The notes below the pieces were generated by a model. The model searched no databases, was not told the origin of the DNA, and saw nothing but the letters and a program-made list of their open reading frames with translations. The position numbers were made by a program, and so were the translations under genes. DNA of 44,470 nucleotides from a virus (lineage: Duplodnaviria; Caudoviricetes). The stretch spans positions 1 through 44,470 of IMG/VR virus record IMGVR_UViG_3300008255_000195. One strand, given 5' to 3'. Below, piece by piece: positions 41,032 to 44,470 of the stretch (position 1 is its first letter; each line of letters starts with the position of its first letter).

Positions 41032-41205
41032 ATGAAAAAATATGATGATAATTCAATCTATTTTAGAGATTAGACTAATAAGAAGTTAAAAGAATATCAA
41101 AAATAGTATAAAAGACTAATAGAAATAGGGCAATTTTCTACAAAAGATAATTTAAATGACTTGGGTGTAGAACTTGAATTAATAAATAGAAAATTAAATA
41201 ATTAA
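41032..41205 (+). pseudogene. 57-codon gene-like frame with two in-frame TAG (41071 and 41104)
   Basis: MKKYDDNSIYFRD*TNKKLKEYQK*YKRLIEIGQF...ELELINR fills the gap between flanking genes. Confidence 0.55.
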
Positions 41206-41214
41206 ATTAAAAAA

Positions 41215-41484
41215 ATGGAAACAGATATATATCAATTATATAATACTTTACTCAAAAAAAACTTATTAAAACTAGATGAAGTATTACATATAACACAAGA
41301 TTTAAAGAGAAAAGATAAGTCTATTAGGTCTATATTACAAAGAGTTGATGATGAATTATATAGAGCAGAAACTGGTAAATGGAATACAAGTCTTAATATA
41401 CCTCAAAACATAATTGATTTAAAAGATTATGTATTAGGTAAAGCATATTTAATAAGCACTAAACAAAAAATAAATGGAAATTAA
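41215..41484 (+). CDS. Hypothetical protein
   Basis: ORF within the operon. Confidence 0.55.
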   Translation: METDIYQLYNTLLKKNLLKLDEVLHITQDLKRKDKSIRSILQRVDDELYRAETGKWNTSLNIPQNIIDLKDYVLGKAYLISTKQKINGN

Positions 41485-41680
41485 ACCTCCTAAAATAAAC
41501 CCAATATATAAAATACCTATATTTTCAAAGGGAGAATATAGACAAATTATAAAAGACAAAGCAATAAAATTAGAAATGACAAGCGATTTAAAAAAGAGAT
41601 TAAAAACACAAAGTAAGAGATATAAAATATCTAACAATCAACTTATATTTGAAATACTATTCAATTATATATATAACTAA
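41474..41680 (+). CDS. Ribbon-helix-helix-like DNA-binding protein
   Basis: AIKLEM..DLK.RLK..S....IS.NQLI.EIL..Y. Confidence 0.55.
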   Translation: MEIKPPKINPIYKIPIFSKGEYRQIIKDKAIKLEMTSDLKKRLKTQSKRYKISNNQLIFEILFNYIYN

Positions 41681-41698
41681 TAAAATAACCATAAACAT

Positions 41699-41785
41699 AT
41701 GAGCTGGTTTCAACAAATAGGATTTTTAATAGTAATAGGCTTTATAATATATCTAGTTTATTCTGCGGGGAAAGATAATAAATGA
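41699..41785 (+). CDS. Small membrane peptide (28 aa), apparently ending at TGA
   Basis: MSWFQQIGFLIVIGFIIYLVYSAGKDNK-TGA; read-through would run across the next promoter. Confidence 0.5.
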   Translation: MSWFQQIGFLIVIGFIIYLVYSAGKDNK

Positions 41786-41789
41786 TATA

Positions 41790-41818
41790 TTTACATTTTA
41801 TTGAAAATGTGCTATAAT
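41790..41818 (+). promoter_or_regulatory. Sigma70-type promoter
   Basis: TTTACA-17 nt-TATAAT with TGTG extension. Confidence 0.7.
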
Positions 41819-41922
41819 ACAATCAAAGATAATAACTTTCATTTGCTATATAATAGCGGGATTATATAGCAATTACAAGGTCATTATATAATAAATAATA
41901 CAATAAATAATACAATAAATAA

Positions 41923-42081
41923 ATGGAAAAAAGGACTATAATAAATAATTGATTTATGTTTATAAATAAAATAAGTCAATTAGAAAAAAAACAATTAGAA
42001 GATTTTTTAAATAATAGTAATAGTATTTTAAATACTAAACTAGAAGTTAAAATCAAACAGCTAATAAATAAATATAAATAA
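41923..42081 (+). CDS. Hypothetical 52-aa protein (TGA at 41950-41952)
   Basis: MEKRTIINN[TGA]FMFINK... ends 1 nt before the next ATG. Confidence 0.55.
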
Positions 42082-42082
42082 T

Positions 42083-42376
42083 ATGGAATTAATAAACTCT
42101 TATTTTACAGATATAATAAGCCAAGAAGATAATGAAAAAGAAACTTTACTTCAATTTGGATTTGATTTAGATAAGATGTCAGATGAAGAAAAAGTAGCAC
42201 AATTATTTGAAAATAATTGGTGGGATATGAGAGATTTAGAAGAATGTATAGATGAAAGTATAGATATATCTAAAATGAATATACAAGAAAAGGTTAAGAT
42301 TGCTAATTTAAAAAATATAGATGATTGGATTTGGGATTTATGCTTATATCATCTATTGCCTGATTTAAACGATTAA
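42083..42376 (+). CDS. Acidic hypothetical protein
   Basis: D/E-rich ORF. Confidence 0.6.
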   Translation: MELINSYFTDIISQEDNEKETLLQFGFDLDKMSDEEKVAQLFENNWWDMRDLEECIDESIDISKMNIQEKVKIANLKNIDDWIWDLCLYHLLPDLND

Positions 42377-42513
42377 CTAACTTGGTAGGCAAATAACAAC
42401 AAACCTTTAAATGTGATTATAACAGACGATGTCAGTAGTTGAATTGCCTCGGCAACGATATGAAGAACATCTAACGGAATAAACAGCCAGTTCTAATAAA
42501 CTAACTAAATAAT

Positions 42514-42825
42514 ATGAGAGAAATAAAATTTAGAGTTTGGAATAAAGACAATAAAGAAATGACTAATGATATAAAGGTCGGAGAAAGAAGGCTGTTATTA
42601 TTTGATAAAGATATTTTAATGCAATATACAGGGCTCAAAGATAAAAATGGTAAAGAGATTTATGAGGGGGACTTATGTCAAGTAGTGTTTAAAGATAATA
42701 GTAAATATGAATTACCTTGTGAGGTTTATTTTGAAAATGGGGCTTTTTGTATAGGAAGTGGTTATTTACAAGATGCTAAGGAGTTAAATGTAGTAAGTAA
42801 TATTTATGAAAATCTTTATTATTAA
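42514..42825 (+). CDS. YopX-family protein
   Basis: MREIKFRVW...MQYTGLKDKNGKEIYEGD...V..NIYEN. Confidence 0.92.
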   Translation: MREIKFRVWNKDNKEMTNDIKVGERRLLLFDKDILMQYTGLKDKNGKEIYEGDLCQVVFKDNSKYELPCEVYFENGAFCIGSGYLQDAKELNVVSNIYENLYY

Positions 42826-42841
42826 ATAATTAAATAAATAT

Positions 42842-43432
42842 ATGAAATACAAATTAACAAACAATACAAAACAAATAGTAGAAACAATTTTATATCAAAT
42901 ACAAGCGTTAAAAGATTTCAACGATGTAAAGAAAGGAGATTTAGGTGGTTGGATAGAGAAAGAAGGAAATTTAAGTCAAGAGGGGAATTGCTGGGTTTCT
43001 GAAAATGCTCGTGTTTATGGAGATGCTTGTGTTTTTGGAAATGCTCGTGTTTATGGAGATGCTTATATTTATGGAGATGTTTATGTTTATGGAGATGCTT
43101 ATGTTTCTGGAAATGCTTGTGTTTATGAAAATGCTTGTGTTTCTGAAAATGCTCATGTTTCTGGAAATGCTTGTGTTTCTGGAAATGCTCGTATATTAGG
43201 AAATTATAACTATACACAAGGGCATTTTATAGGGGGAGATGATACTGGAAAAATAACAAATATAACAGACAAAACTGGAAACGGTTATTGGAAAGCTCAA
43301 TATGTTCTAGGAGATTATAAAATAGAAGAAAAGGAAGAGTTAGAAACTAAACCAGAACCAATAGGAATATTCAAAGAATTTAAAGAAGTAGTGGATACTT
43401 TTTACAACGATATTAACAAACTAATTAAATAA
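42842..43432 (+). CDS. Hexapeptide-repeat (left-handed beta-helix) phage protein
   Basis: LY.IQALKDF.DVK.GDLGGWIEKE.NLSQ.GNCWV followed by NA.V.G repeats. Confidence 0.88.
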   Translation: MKYKLTNNTKQIVETILYQIQALKDFNDVKKGDLGGWIEKEGNLSQEGNCWVSENARVYGDACVFGNARVYGDAYIYGDVYVYGDAYVSGNACVYENACVSENAHVSGNACVSGNARILGNYNYTQGHFIGGDDTGKITNITDKTGNGYWKAQYVLGDYKIEEKEELETKPEPIGIFKEFKEVVDTFYNDINKLIK

Positions 43433-43433
43433 T

Positions 43434-43685
43434 ATGAAAATAACAAGAAATTTTAGAAATCAAGGGTGAATTAAATTCAATCTATCAATAGATGAAATGT
43501 ATTCTTTTATGATAGCAGATTATAAGTTTGATAGAGCAACTAATATAAAAGAGATAGAATTATTTTGAAAAATATTTAAAAAATATAAGAATAAAAACTA
43601 TTGAAATATTTTAGAAGAAGGTGGAGCATTAAAAAACTTCTCTAAAAAAGCAATAGCTTGTTGTGAAGAAAAGATGTTAGCTTAA
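43434..43685 (+). CDS. Hypothetical 83-aa protein (TGA at 43467, 43566 and 43602)
   Basis: Runs from 1 nt after the previous stop up to the terminator only if three TGA are read through. Confidence 0.7.
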
Positions 43686-43724
43686 AAAAAAAGATAGACA
43701 CTGAAAAAAGTGTTTATTTTTTTT
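43684..43724. terminator. Bidirectional terminator
   Basis: A-tract, ATAGACACT-GAAAAA-AGTGTTTAT, T-tract. Confidence 0.65.
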
Positions 43725-43830
43725 GTTTGTAGAATGCGATTTAAGGTGGGTGATTTCTCTCAGATAGGAAAGTATAGCAACGAACTATTTTCATTTGAAT
43801 TTGATACCAAATTTTGCGTTTGGTGCGATT

Positions 43831-44259
43831 TTAGAAATAGTTTGTAATCTCTAAATTATATGATTTTGTTTCCTTGGGTAAAAAAATATTTTTATATTTT
43901 GGATTTAAAGCAAAATATTCTTGATTTTCAGTGTAGGTATAAATTAAATTTCTTTTTTCTAATTTAGCTATATAACCATATATATCAAAATCATCATATA
44001 AATGTAAAATAGGTAAACTATTAAATAACTCTTTTGTTGTAAAAGAATAAAGGTTTTTATTATTATGAAAACTATATTTATCAAAACTATAAACAGAAGA
44101 CATCTCGAAAGGCTCTGTTATAACAACCACTATTTTATTAGAGGGATTTTTATGTTGTGTTATTTGATATAACACACTTAAAACAAAAGCTTCTTCAATA
44201 GAAATATTTGGAAATTCTTTTATTAAAGCATATTGGTTGATGTATAGATTATAAATCAT
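43831..44259 (-). CDS. Winged-helix protein (replication-protein N-terminal-like), start revised to ATG 44259
   Basis: MIYNLYINQ...F...EL...LPIL.....I...I.KLEK.NLI...YF.L; the track start at 44298 lies inside its promoter. Confidence 0.55.
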   Translation of the reverse strand: MIYNLYINQYALIKEFPNISIEEAFVLSVLYQITQHKNPSNKIVVVITEPFEMSSVYSFDKYSFHNNKNLYSFTTKELFNSLPILHLYDDFDIYGYIAKLEKRNLIYTYTENQEYFALNPKYKNIFLPKETKSYNLEITNYF

Positions 44260-44286
44260 ATATAAGAATTTAAATTTTATATTACT

Positions 44287-44315
44287 AGTATAACACACTT
44301 AAAAAAATAATACAA
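44287..44315 (-). promoter_or_regulatory. Sigma70-type promoter
   Basis: TTGTAT-17 nt-TATACT with TGTG extension. Confidence 0.6.
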
Positions 44316-44470
44316 ATTGCTATGTGAAAATCACACCCCCCCCCTCACAATAACACCCCCCCAACATACACACCACCCCTACCTACATCCCCAACTGACA
44401 CAACAATGAAAATCCCTTAAAACAATAAAACATATAAAAATATATATAAAAAAATAAATATTAATAATAT

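Larger units (their letters stand above)
1..44470. mobile_element. Tailed dsDNA bacteriophage genome, probably complete/circularly permuted, using TGA=Trp in many genes
   Basis: Terminase, portal, major capsid, DnaB, ERF, YqaJ exonuclease and lysis-type genes are all present. Joining 44470 to 1 gives a coherent divergent intergenic region. No host housekeeping genes or integrase seen. Confidence 0.93.

Noticed and set aside
11359-41637. Opposite-strand ORFs 11359, 22842, 29071, 30177, 33271, 38204, 38750 and 41449
   Set aside because: They oppose the local operon direction, have low-complexity or antisense composition, and show no motifs
42918-43217. His-rich and other overlapping ORFs
   Set aside because: Shadows of the 18-nt hexapeptide-repeat coding sequence
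2929-43604. TGA=Gly (code 25), or mass pseudogenisation of a dead prophage
   Set aside because: Motif contexts need an aromatic residue and the tRNA has Trp identity. Disruptions are almost exclusively TGA, with no frameshifts seen.
44260-44298. Longer N-terminus for ORF 43831..44298
   Set aside because: The GTG start lies within the predicted promoter; ATG 44259 fits better

Overview
This window looks like a complete or near-complete, very AT-rich tailed-phage genome of about 44.5 kb. It appears podovirus-like (no tape measure or tail tube gene recognised), and I saw no integrase. Plus-strand blocks (131-9710 and 39203-43685) carry replication, recombination and small early genes. One long minus-strand block (about 38067 down to 9789) carries packaging, head, tail and lysis genes. 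The main signal is UGA recoding. I count 27 in-frame TGA codons interrupting otherwise continuous genes, including terminase, portal, major capsid, adaptor, ejection, lysis, RusA-like and phosphoesterase genes. Where motifs are recognisable the TGA falls at Trp/aromatic positions. The phage encodes its own tRNA with a UCA anticodon and tRNA-Trp identity elements (7935-8007). Four plus-strand genes still appear to use TGA as a stop, so UGA may have two meanings. Directly upstream of the tRNA is a 23-codon ORF containing TGG-TGG-TGA that ends 4 nt before an intrinsic terminator. The loop of that terminator holds the -35 of the tRNA promoter, and an antisense promoter faces the tRNA. Together these are a candidate UGA-sensing switch. 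Also present: a group I intron with an HNH-like ORF that splits the GN|HE motif of a metallophosphoesterase and ends in A instead of G, a mini-NrdD plus glutaredoxin cassette, and a papain-fold protein in the endolysin position. All functional calls come from motif recognition by eye; no database searches were run.
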